Virus record (IMG/VR): IMGVR_UViG_3300017902_000255
Coordinates: 1 to 24,114 of that record
From: a virus
Lineage: Duplodnaviria; Caudoviricetes
Direction: 5' to 3' (one strand)
Length of the DNA stretch: 24,114 nt
Part shown: one piece after another, positions 1 through 6,630 of the stretch
How positions within the stretch are numbered: the first letter of the stretch is position 1
Layout of the letters: the number at the start of each line of letters is the position of its first letter
Program-made: the position numbers and the translations under genes
Notes under the pieces: generated by a model
Told to the model about the DNA's origin: nothing
The model's input: only the letters and a program-made list of their open reading frames with translations
Databases searched by the model: none

Positions 1-4
1 GCCA

Positions 5-169
5 TTATTTGACCTCCTTTGCGGCACAAACTGCATCAAACAAATTGTCAAAAGTCTGTGGGTCAAAATCATCACTGTCATTGAGATAGTCGATAATTTC
101 ATCTTGAGAACACATGATATTGTACAAGTGGTCATATTGACCTTGAGTAAGAGTGATCTGAAGTTTCAT
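5..169 (-). CDS. small acidic hypothetical early protein, 54 aa (MKLQITLTQGQYDHLYNIMCSQDEIIDYLNDSDDFDPQTFDNLFDAVCAAKEVK)
   Basis: Translated by hand (below the ORF-track cutoff). ATG follows the ACAAACAC leader of promoter copy 1; its TAA overlaps the next ATG (TAATG at 3-7), which has an AAGGAGG RBS. Confidence 0.8.
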   Translation of the reverse strand: MKLQITLTQGQYDHLYNIMCSQDEIIDYLNDSDDFDPQTFDNLFDAVCAAKEVK

Positions 170-253
170 TTTGTGTTTGTTTGATCTATAAGTATATTAG
201 TCCATAGTGGCAAAAAAGCAACGAGCAGATGTGCCACTAATAAAATTGTCCTA
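170..253 (-). promoter_or_regulatory. composite early promoter copy 1 (palindrome 230-253, -35 TTGCTT 216-221, -10 TAATAT 194-199, leader ACAAACAC 173-180)
   Basis: One of nine aligned copies; 30 nt between palindrome and -10; palindrome arm at 246-253 is degenerate. Confidence 0.8.
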
Positions 254-514
254 GCAAACTGAATAAACTGTTTTCCAAGTCTTAGAATCCTCTACAGTAG
301 CAAGGCAACCATACTTTTCACACATTTCAAGGCATAATATCTTTGCCTTCTTTAAACTATGTGTGTATAGGTCATCATTTGCACCTGAGCAACCAATAGT
401 GTATTTAAAGTGATTTCTAGGGTGGTTCGGGTCATTCTTGAGACACTCTTGCCCCCACTCTCTAAGTTGTTCGAGTTCACTCTCTAACTTAGCAATAATC
501 TCTTTATTGGTCAT
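251..514 (-). CDS. hypothetical phage protein, 87 aa
   Basis: ORF track; TAATG coupling to the upstream gene at 514. Confidence 0.75.
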   Translation of the reverse strand: MTNKEIIAKLESELEQLREWGQECLKNDPNHPRNHFKYTIGCSGANDDLYTHSLKKAKILCLEMCEKYGCLATVEDSKTWKTVYSVC

Positions 515-732
515 TATCCCAACCTTTTGTATAAGTGAATCATTTTTTCATCAATAGAGTTGATTCTGTCCATAACTGGAATACCGCCAATCAAATCTTC
601 TTCTGCTGCTTCATCATCAGCGTAGCACTTGTATTCTTCAAGAGCAGCGTCTATTGTATCCCACTCTGCTTGAGTGAAAAATGCCTTGATAGTTGCAAGT
701 TGGTCATAACTGAAATCTCTTGTTAGAGTCAT
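514..732 (-). CDS. acidic hypothetical early protein, 72 aa (start reassigned to MTLTRDF...)
   Basis: ATG at 732 follows ACAAACACAGAGG; the longer ORF-track start runs through the promoter. Confidence 0.8.
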   Translation of the reverse strand: MTLTRDFSYDQLATIKAFFTQAEWDTIDAALEEYKCYADDEAAEEDLIGGIPVMDRINSIDEKMIHLYKRLG

Positions 733-824
733 TTGAAAAACCTCTGTGTTTGTTGTATATACTAATGATAGTCGAAAATTATCAAAAAGCAACGAGCGAG
801 TGTGACAGAGTTTATACTGTCACA
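733..824 (-). promoter_or_regulatory. composite early promoter copy 2 (perfect-arm palindrome TGTGACAG-agtttata-CTGTCACA 801-824, TTGCTT, TATCAT, leader ACAAACAC 746-753 + GAGG)
   Basis: Direct sequence alignment with the other copies. Confidence 0.85.
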
Positions 825-982
825 TCATAGGTTGACTTATTCTTTAGAATATGCCAATACTCTTCATAGGATAGAGTTTCTTCTTCCTCTGTATCCATAT
901 TCAAAACTATGTCAAATGGGTAGAAAGCATAATACTTAAAATGGTCATCTACATAATTTTTGACTTGTTGATACTTATTCAT
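812..982 (-). CDS. small hypothetical protein, 56 aa (MNKYQQVKNYVDDHFKYYAFYPFDIVLNMDTEEEETLSYEEYWHILKNKSTYDVTV)
   Basis: Hand translation; fills the gap, overlaps the stop of 975..1229 and stops inside palindrome 2. Confidence 0.7.
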   Translation of the reverse strand: MNKYQQVKNYVDDHFKYYAFYPFDIVLNMDTEEEETLSYEEYWHILKNKSTYDVTV

Positions 983-1229
983 CATACATATCCTCTATAT
1001 CAGGTAAATCAAAGTGAGCAGCGGTATCTGTCCATAGTTCGCTATCCCAACCCGCCATTTCTTCAAATACACTTACTTGCCCAGTATCTTGGCGTATATT
1101 CTCAAAGTCAATATGTGTTTGCTCTGAGATAATCTCTCTCATTTGATCGGGCGTCAAGTTGTTTACATAGTCATCAACAAAACGTCTAACAACTTTGTCA
1201 TACTCTGACATTTGCATTATGTTTGCCAT
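975..1229 (-). CDS. acidic hypothetical protein, 84 aa
   Basis: ORF track; TAATG coupling; GGAGG RBS upstream. Confidence 0.8.
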   Translation of the reverse strand: MANIMQMSEYDKVVRRFVDDYVNNLTPDQMREIISEQTHIDFENIRQDTGQVSVFEEMAGWDSELWTDTAAHFDLPDIEDMYDE

Positions 1230-1504
1230 TAGTTTGCCTCCGCTTCGATTTCATTTACTGACTCGATAACGTCTTGAATAGTATCTGTAAAGTATTCATC
1301 AAAATACTCTTCGATCTCTACCATAGCATCATTAAATGTTTGGTCATCTATCCATCTTTGCATATCGTCAGTAACATATATGACCAAATCTTTCATTGAC
1401 ATATTATCAACAATTCGATCAACATAATACTCTTTGAGAGCAGCAAACTGTTTGTCAGTTAGATTTTGTGCCTTAAGTAAGGTGTCTTTATTTTTCTTGT
1501 TCAT
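1229..1504 (-). CDS. acidic hypothetical protein, 91 aa
   Basis: ORF track; ATGA overlap with the upstream gene. Confidence 0.8.
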   Translation of the reverse strand: MNKKNKDTLLKAQNLTDKQFAALKEYYVDRIVDNMSMKDLVIYVTDDMQRWIDDQTFNDAMVEIEEYFDEYFTDTIQDVIESVNEIEAEAN

Positions 1505-1707
1505 GGCATGAAATTGGGATTAATACTAAAAGTTGAGTCAGGTGTATCAAATTCTTGACACTTGAGTAGTGACATGGCACTTATCATGTGCCACACTTTT
1601 TCGCCTGAGAGTTTGTGCTCGTCACATACATGAGCAACTGAATCCTCGATCACTTCGAGGACTTTTGTTGCTTCAATATAGAACTGTTTGTATTCTTCGT
1701 TGTTCAT
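1501..1707 (-). CDS. hypothetical cyanophage protein, 68 aa
   Basis: ORF track; ATGA overlaps at both ends. Confidence 0.8.
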   Translation of the reverse strand: MNNEEYKQFYIEATKVLEVIEDSVAHVCDEHKLSGEKVWHMISAMSLLKCQEFDTPDSTFSINPNFMP

Positions 1708-2012
1708 AGAATGATGCTCCCGCCATAAAGATTTTTGTCATAACCATACTTCAATACAAGTATGTCTCTTACTCTCTCTCTATCGAGTGAGTCGCCGTCG
1801 CCCCAAGTGAAATGCTCATCATTACGAGCAGTGATCTCATGTAAGTAGTCGTAGATCGCTCCTAAAATGTCAACTTTAGAAACTCTCTTGCCTGTTTTCA
1901 TGTGATTCATAGGGTACAAAACGTCATCTACATCGCCGTAGAAATCATTGACGTAATTTGTGAACTCAATTAGCATATCATTGAGTTTGGTTGATGAATG
2001 TCCTGAGTTCAT
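1704..2012 (-). CDS. hypothetical early protein, 102 aa (start MNSGHSS...; contains WGDGDSLDRERVRD)
   Basis: ATG at 2012 directly follows ACAAACACAGAGGTTTT. Confidence 0.8.
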   Translation of the reverse strand: MNSGHSSTKLNDMLIEFTNYVNDFYGDVDDVLYPMNHMKTGKRVSKVDILGAIYDYLHEITARNDEHFTWGDGDSLDRERVRDILVLKYGYDKNLYGGSIIL

Positions 2013-2098
2013 AAAACCTCTGTGTTTGTTATATTCTAATGATAGTCGAATATGGCAATAAAGCAACGAGCAGATGTGCCACTAATAAAATTGGCACA
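2013..2098 (-). promoter_or_regulatory. composite early promoter copy 3 (palindrome 2075-2098, leader ACAAACAC 2022-2029)
   Basis: TGTGCCA-N10-TGGCACA, TTGCTT-16-TATCAT; 34 bp (2060-2093) identical to copy 1 (215-248). Confidence 0.85.
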
Positions 2099-2102
2099 CT
2101 CT

Positions 2103-2345
2103 TCATTGCCAACCGCCTGATACCTCTGGTTTAGTATCTGAGAAACCAACAACTTTAAACTCTGGTTCGCCATCAGCAATATCAGCAAGTCTGCCTAGTT
2201 TATGACGAATTTTTCTAAAGTTTACGTCAAATTCATCAGCATATTTGTCTGTTATTCTATTTGGCGTAGATAGGATTAACTTCAGCAGGGCATCACACTC
2301 TGATGCTGTCAAGTCATTTTGTTGTTTTAATTGATCTGTAGTCAT
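2103..2345 (-). CDS. hypothetical protein, 80 aa
   Basis: ORF track; AGGAG RBS upstream. Confidence 0.75.
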   Translation of the reverse strand: MTTDQLKQQNDLTASECDALLKLILSTPNRITDKYADEFDVNFRKIRHKLGRLADIADGEPEFKVVGFSDTKPEVSGGWQ

Positions 2346-2346
2346 T

Positions 2347-2520
2347 TTATGCTCCTTGATACTGATTTACAATAATGTCCTCTATTTGAGCAAGTTGGTC
2401 ATCATCTAATATGTTGACTATGGCGTCAAGCATATCATAAAAGTTTGAGTCATTGCTCTCATAAAGAGAGCATAACTCTGTGAATATAGTGAGCGATTTG
2501 TCGCCTTGATAATAAGTCAT
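2347..2520 (-). CDS. small acidic hypothetical protein, 57 aa (MTYYQGDKSLTIFTELCSLYESNDSNFYDMLDAIVNILDDDQLAQIEDIIVNQYQGA)
   Basis: Hand translation; ATGA overlap with the stop of 2517..2999; fills the gap exactly. Confidence 0.75.
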   Translation of the reverse strand: MTYYQGDKSLTIFTELCSLYESNDSNFYDMLDAIVNILDDDQLAQIEDIIVNQYQGA

Positions 2521-2999
2521 GCTACTTTTAAGTCCTCATAATTTGGATAGTCAGCGGGGATAGTCTTTTCAACATACTGAACAGTATCATTGAAATCTTT
2601 TGTTACTGGATTCCAGTAATCAAGAGCAATACAACGCCATGTATTGTTTAGTTCAAAAATGTAAGCAAACTCGCCACAGCACTTGTTTGTAGCAACAAAA
2701 TACTCTTTGTCATTTTTGTATAGTTTGGGGCAAACATCTTCGATTTTCTCGCCTCTGTCTGCATAGTATTCTGGTCTAGGGTCACGTTTGACAAACTCTT
2801 GTTTCTCATAGTCGTACTCATTGTCAGAATAACAAGATGACATATCGCCGCCATCAATTAGTTCAGCAACTTTCTCTCTTGTATTGTACTGTTGGTTTAG
2901 GGTAACACCTAACCACTCTGGATAACCGTCCCAGTGATGATATACTGACAAAATACTGCCATCTTCGAGTCTGAGTCCGAGTCTTGAATTGGTTGACAT
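2517..2999 (-). CDS. conserved phage protein with YxHxDGYP motif, 160 aa (start MSTNSRLG...)
   Basis: ATG at 2999 follows the ACAAACACAGAGG leader; YHHWDGYPEWLG is a motif I recognise from uncharacterised phage proteins. Confidence 0.85.
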   Translation of the reverse strand: MSTNSRLGLRLEDGSILSVYHHWDGYPEWLGVTLNQQYNTREKVAELIDGGDMSSCYSDNEYDYEKQEFVKRDPRPEYYADRGEKIEDVCPKLYKNDKEYFVATNKCCGEFAYIFELNNTWRCIALDYWNPVTKDFNDTVQYVEKTIPADYPNYEDLKVA

Positions 3000-3084
3000 A
3001 AAACCTCTGTGTTTGTATATTTGAATTATAGTCGCTGGTGGCAAGAAAGCAACCAGCGAGTGTGACAGTATTTCAACTGTCCTT
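3000..3084 (-). promoter_or_regulatory. composite early promoter copy 4 (palindrome 3061-3084, TTGCTT-16-TATAAT, leader ACAAACAC 3009-3016)
   Basis: Alignment with the other copies; consensus -10. Confidence 0.85.
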
Positions 3085-3228
3085 TTTTCTGTGGATATTG
3101 TCCATATTGAGTGGACTATCAAAGTATGCTCTATTGACAAAATACAATAGAACTAATGTAAATATAATTCCAAAGAATCCAATAATCAATATTGGACTTT
3201 GGGGAAAATCATAAGTTGGAATTGTCAT
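3073..3228 (-). CDS. small single-pass membrane protein, 51 aa (start MTIPTYDF...)
   Basis: Hydrophobic segment ILIIGFFGIIFTLVLLYFV; ATG 1 nt after the upstream stop; GGAG RBS. Confidence 0.7.
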   Translation of the reverse strand: MTIPTYDFPQSPILIIGFFGIIFTLVLLYFVNRAYFDSPLNMDNIHRKKDS

Positions 3229-3229
3229 T

Positions 3230-3415
3230 CTACCAATCTCCGTTAGCATCAGCAAAAACATCTTCATTCCAATGTTCGTATGGTTTTATGATACCAACAT
3301 GGCGCATAATGCCATCATAGATTTCCATGCCTGATCTTGACATTCTGCCGCATGAATAATCCCAACCTAGTTCGCCAAGTTGGTCAACTATGAATTTGAG
3401 TGAAACTTTTTTCAT
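3230..3415 (-). CDS. hypothetical early protein, 61 aa
   Basis: ORF track; follows the ACAAACAC leader of promoter copy 5. Confidence 0.8.
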   Translation of the reverse strand: MKKVSLKFIVDQLGELGWDYSCGRMSRSGMEIYDGIMRHVGIIKPYEHWNEDVFADANGDW

Positions 3416-3500
3416 AAGTGTTTGTTTAATTGATGTACTAATGATAATCGAAATAAATTAAAAAGCAACCAGCAAGTGTGACAGTAATATAATTGTCACA
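3416..3500 (-). promoter_or_regulatory. composite early promoter copy 5 (palindrome 3477-3500, leader ACAAACAC 3418-3425)
   Basis: TGTGACA-N10-TGTCACA, TTGCTT-16-TATCAT. Confidence 0.85.
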
Positions 3501-3753
3501 GGGTAGCAGGGTCACTTGGCATACTGGTAGGAGCAAGTGTTAATGTGATGTTATCGAGAACAGCAGGGGCAATAAAACTGCCATCAAATGAGCAACTGCC
3601 ATCTTCATTCTTGTTTCCTAATTTCTCACATAACGCCTCAGTTACCATTTCATATAGAAATGTATTTGTCTTAGGATTATTGACAATATAGTCAATAACC
3701 TCTAGTGTGAGAGCATCAGCAAGTTTGCCTATTGTTTCTTTAGATAGTGTCAA
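3496..3753 (-). CDS. hypothetical protein, 85 aa (TTG start)
   Basis: ORF track; GAGGA RBS upstream; stops inside palindrome 5. Confidence 0.75.
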   Translation of the reverse strand: MTLSKETIGKLADALTLEVIDYIVNNPKTNTFLYEMVTEALCEKLGNKNEDGSCSFDGSFIAPAVLDNITLTLAPTSMPSDPATL

Positions 3754-3931
3754 GGTCTTTTTCCTCTGAAATTGAATCTAGTTGAAAGTCATAGAACATA
3801 TCGTCACGTTGATAATTACTATCTGGATAATGTCCTCTATTATATAAGGCAATCGCCTCTTCTTCGGTTTCAGCATCTATCTCTATATCAGCATAACCTG
3901 TAAACCTTTCTGTGATGATAAATTTTTTCAT
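3740..3931 (-). CDS. small acidic phage protein with IxAETEEEA motif, 63 aa
   Basis: ORF track; TAATG coupling; GGAGG RBS. Confidence 0.8.
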   Translation of the reverse strand: MKKFIITERFTGYADIEIDAETEEEAIALYNRGHYPDSNYQRDDMFYDFQLDSISEEKDLDTI

Positions 3932-4065
3932 TAATCTGCCTCCAAAGAAAATGTGATTTGAAATTGATCTGTAAAATCCTGATAGTCAGTAACAACAAGT
4001 GGGCAAATGTTTAACCACTCTTGAAAATCCTGATAGCGTTGCTCTAGTTCTTGCTCTCTAGTCAT
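3931..4065 (-). CDS. small hypothetical protein, 44 aa (start MTREQELE...)
   Basis: Start reassigned to ATG 4065, which has a GGAGG RBS and avoids a long overlap with 4058..4276. Confidence 0.7.
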   Translation of the reverse strand: MTREQELEQRYQDFQEWLNICPLVVTDYQDFTDQFQITFSLEAD

Positions 4066-4276
4066 TTTCTGCCTCCATGAATTTTTCTTCTTGGACTTCC
4101 ATATAGTTTTGTATGGTAAATTCAAAATCTCTAACGCCATGTATGTCCTCATACATACAATCGAAAAAAGATTCAAATTCTCCTCTGTTTAAAACATCTT
4201 TTTCAAGATAGTAGAAAGCAACGTTGTCGTTTGGGTCAGCGTCACTTAGAATGTCTAGTAGTTCCTTGACTTTCAT
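4058..4276 (-). CDS. acidic hypothetical early protein, 72 aa (MKVKELLDIL...DP type)
   Basis: ORF track; follows the ACAAACAC leader of promoter copy 6. Confidence 0.8.
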   Translation of the reverse strand: MKVKELLDILSDADPNDNVAFYYLEKDVLNRGEFESFFDCMYEDIHGVRDFEFTIQNYMEVQEEKFMEAEND

Positions 4277-4359
4277 GTGTGTTTGTGATCTATACCTATA
4301 TGATAGTCACGATTGGCAATAAAGCAACCAGCGAATGTGCCACTCTCTTAACTGGCACA
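4277..4359 (-). promoter_or_regulatory. composite early promoter copy 6 (palindrome 4336-4359, leader ACAAACAC 4279-4286)
   Basis: TGTGCCA-N10-TGGCACA, TTGCTT-16-TATCAT. Confidence 0.85.
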
Positions 4360-4363
4360 TATT

Positions 4364-4423
4364 TTAGATGGGTAGAATCATACCAACTATATTATAGAAT
4401 GCTATGATTATTAATTGTATCAT
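4364..4423 (-). CDS. possible 19-aa hydrophobic micropeptide (MIQLIIIAFYNIVGMILPI)
   Basis: ATGA overlap with the stop of 4420..5343 and fills the gap to promoter 6; very short, may be chance. Confidence 0.3.
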   Translation of the reverse strand: MIQLIIIAFYNIVGMILPI

Positions 4424-5343
4424 TTGAGACTTACTTCTTTTTTCCATTCTTGTCTAGCATTGAAGTTAGCATAAGAGAATTGTTGACGTTTTACAAGTTT
4501 GAATGTACCATATTGATTAGACATTACATAACCCTCATGCTCATAGGGCATATTCTCAAATAAACATTGAACATTCTCTGTAGTAGTGATGCCTTCCATG
4601 AGTAATTCTTTTATCTCAATTATCATATTGTATAAGTGAAATAAGTTTCTGGAATATCCAGTATCACTTGCTAACTTATCAGCATCAAGTGTTTGCCCTG
4701 ATCTGATATAACTATTGATATTTATTTTTAATTGTGAAATATCATCACTCTCTGGAAACTTGACAAATGGTATTACAGTTTTAGCAAGTGTGATAAGTAA
4801 GTTCAATCTGAAATGTCTTTTAGATATTGATGCACTTGTATCAATAAAATGTACACCATAACTTTTAGACTCTCTGTAGTGAAACTCAGCATCTAACTCT
4901 TGTATGGTAGCACCAATATATTGTGTATGAGTAGCAACAACAATATCGTCAATTACATCATCAAATTTATATGTAATTGTGTTTGGTGTGTGGGTATCTG
5001 AACCACCATAACCAATAAAGTCGCCCTGATATATGCCCTCATTCTGTGGCAATCTATCAAGACATATATGTAGAATAGAAGCGACTCTAGGTGTATGTCC
5101 ATGATTAGATTCAATATCAGTATGAGTATAGTTTATCTTGATTCTTCTCTTATTGAATACTGATTTAGTTCCTACAAAGAATTTGCCATTCTCAGGGTTA
5201 GTTCCATATACTATGGCGGGAGCGCCATCATACTTGACGGATACCTGACTCTGTTTAGTATCTAAAAACCTGATAGCATCAAGTGCTCCCTGCTTACCAG
5301 TAAGCACATGATCTTCAATGTGTTCCAAGTGTTTGTTCTTCAT
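4420..5343 (-). CDS. DUF6267-like protein with ligase/nucleotidyltransferase motifs, 307 aa
   Basis: N-terminal KNKHLEHIED, then KYDG (motif I-like), YQGDF, HEGYV and FKLVKR in the order of covalent nucleotidyltransferase motifs; DUF number from memory. Confidence 0.7.
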   Translation of the reverse strand: MKNKHLEHIEDHVLTGKQGALDAIRFLDTKQSQVSVKYDGAPAIVYGTNPENGKFFVGTKSVFNKRRIKINYTHTDIESNHGHTPRVASILHICLDRLPQNEGIYQGDFIGYGGSDTHTPNTITYKFDDVIDDIVVATHTQYIGATIQELDAEFHYRESKSYGVHFIDTSASISKRHFRLNLLITLAKTVIPFVKFPESDDISQLKININSYIRSGQTLDADKLASDTGYSRNLFHLYNMIIEIKELLMEGITTTENVQCLFENMPYEHEGYVMSNQYGTFKLVKRQQFSYANFNARQEWKKEVSLK

Positions 5344-5349
5344 AGAACC

Positions 5350-5378
5350 ATTATAACATAAAAGTGAGAGAGGTTCAA
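5350..5378 (-). promoter_or_regulatory. sigma70-type promoter predicted to give a leaderless mRNA for 4420..5343
   Basis: TTGAAC (5373-5378), 17 bp, TATAAT (5350-5355) with extended TGn; ATG starts 7 nt after the -10. Confidence 0.7.
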
Positions 5379-5423
5379 CTTAAAGGGCATCTTCCTCTGG
5401 GGTCGCCCACCCATGCCTCTCAC
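5360..5423 (-). ncRNA. candidate structured small RNA A (~60 nt)
   Basis: Starts at the predicted +1 of promoter copy 7; GUGAGAG...CUCUCAC closing stem then UUUU; inner GGCAU/AUGCC and GGGU/ACCC pairings; GC-rich relative to the flanks. Confidence 0.55.
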
Positions 5424-5488
5424 ATTTATATAATAGTACATCATGGCAACAATACAACCCTCTGTGTGCCAGTTTGTCAAATGTCACA
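5424..5488 (-). promoter_or_regulatory. composite early promoter copy 7 (palindrome 5465-5488, TTGTAT-16-TATTAT); no ACAAACAC leader
   Basis: TGTGCCA-N10-TGTCACA; 29 nt to the -10. Confidence 0.75.
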
Positions 5489-5662
5489 CTCTGGATTCAA
5501 ATACTTTCGATCTCTCTTTATCTTAGTTGTAGAGGCATCAATTAAATCCTCTAGTTCTTCAATAGAACTGGCAACGCTATCCTTTTCTTCTGAATAATAG
5601 AATAGTGCTTCGCTCAATAGGTTATATTGCCTATCTGTTAAAGTTACGTTAATCTTATACAT
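5477..5662 (-). CDS. hypothetical protein, 61 aa
   Basis: ORF track; TAATG coupling; stops inside palindrome 7. Confidence 0.75.
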   Translation of the reverse strand: MYKINVTLTDRQYNLLSEALFYYSEEKDSVASSIEELEDLIDASTTKIKRDRKYLNPECDI

Positions 5663-6231
5663 TATCTCAATGGGATATTAAAAGACATAATTGTCCTCTG
5701 TTTGTCTGATGGCGATACAGGCGATTCATGTAATAATAATGATGGGAAAGCAATTATATCTCCCTCTGATACAGGGGGCGTTGCTTTACTTATTGTGCCA
5801 TAGTAGGGATTAGGAAATGGCGAGTAGAATGTAGTAGGGATATGTTCCTTTTCATCAAACTCAACATATAACACACATGATATATTCATCATGCCATGAT
5901 TATGTGAACCATGATATTGTCCTTTGACATATCTCTGTGACCATAGTTGCCAAGTATCTAAACTTTGAACTGGGCACTCTCCACCATAACGCTCACTCAA
6001 TCCCTCTGTAAATGTATTTACTAAGTTATCCAAATCTTCCGACAAAATCTTAACAAAACTGTCAAAATATGGCGGTCTTGTTTGATGTTTGTAGTAGTCA
6101 GTTTGGCATTCTACTATATCCTTGCTATCCAGTTCAATTAATTTTAATAACTCTGGTTTCTTCTCTTGCCAATTAGTTACTTTGAACTTATTAATACCAA
6201 TAGCAAACAATAATAAACTTTCAGCACTCAT
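5662..6231 (-). CDS. putative 2OG-Fe(II) oxygenase (TIGR02466 / 2OG-FeII_Oxy_5-like), 189 aa
   Basis: W...Y..G.YHGSHNH, ISCVLY, EGDIIAFPSLLLH, R..MSFN. Confidence 0.85.
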   Translation of the reverse strand: MSAESLLLFAIGINKFKVTNWQEKKPELLKLIELDSKDIVECQTDYYKHQTRPPYFDSFVKILSEDLDNLVNTFTEGLSERYGGECPVQSLDTWQLWSQRYVKGQYHGSHNHGMMNISCVLYVEFDEKEHIPTTFYSPFPNPYYGTISKATPPVSEGDIIAFPSLLLHESPVSPSDKQRTIMSFNIPLR

Positions 6232-6380
6232 TTCTTTTTCTTAAATGGATTCCAATTTCTTCTAGGTTTCATGCCCTTATCTCTTTTCAATTCAGATTTT
6301 AATTTTTTCAAATATTTTAGATGATTAGGATAAACTATGTTCATCAATTCTTTTTTAATTTGCCTTTCTTCTTTAGTCAT
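6228..6380 (-). CDS. small basic protein, 50 aa (MTKEERQIKKELMNIVYPNHLKYLKKLKSELKRDKGMKPRRNWNPFKKKK)
   Basis: Hand translation; overlaps both neighbours (ATGA at 6228-6231). Confidence 0.7.
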   Translation of the reverse strand: MTKEERQIKKELMNIVYPNHLKYLKKLKSELKRDKGMKPRRNWNPFKKKK

Positions 6381-6618
6381 CTTTATCGTAAAATTTCAAA
6401 TCACTGCCTGGAAATGGTTGATCTAACCACGAAGTTAAATCATCAAGAAACAAGTCACAATCCTCGCCCTCCTCGCCTTCAAATGTCATTTCTTGACATA
6501 AAGACTCAGCATCTTCTAGTCTCATTTCATCAATTAATTTCTCTATTCTTTTAGCATAATGTTCTTCCATTTTTGCTAAACATTGATTACGGATTTTATC
6601 CATTTTGTTTGATTCCAT
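6373..6618 (-). CDS. acidic hypothetical protein, 81 aa (start could be 6603)
   Basis: ORF track. Confidence 0.75.
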   Translation of the reverse strand: MESNKMDKIRNQCLAKMEEHYAKRIEKLIDEMRLEDAESLCQEMTFEGEEGEDCDLFLDDLTSWLDQPFPGSDLKFYDKDD

Positions 6619-6630
6619 TGTACTATCTAG

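Noticed and set aside
801-824. Palindrome (8-bp arms + 8-bp spacer) read as a lox/dif-like recombinase site
   Set aside because: Spacers differ between most copies, which would block tyrosine-recombinase exchange, and the fixed distance to a -10 box fits an operator better.
5360-5423. Hairpin A read as a tRNA or known riboswitch (e.g. glutamine/glnA)
   Set aside because: No cloverleaf, T-loop or conserved riboswitch core that I can recognise; needs Infernal to exclude formally.
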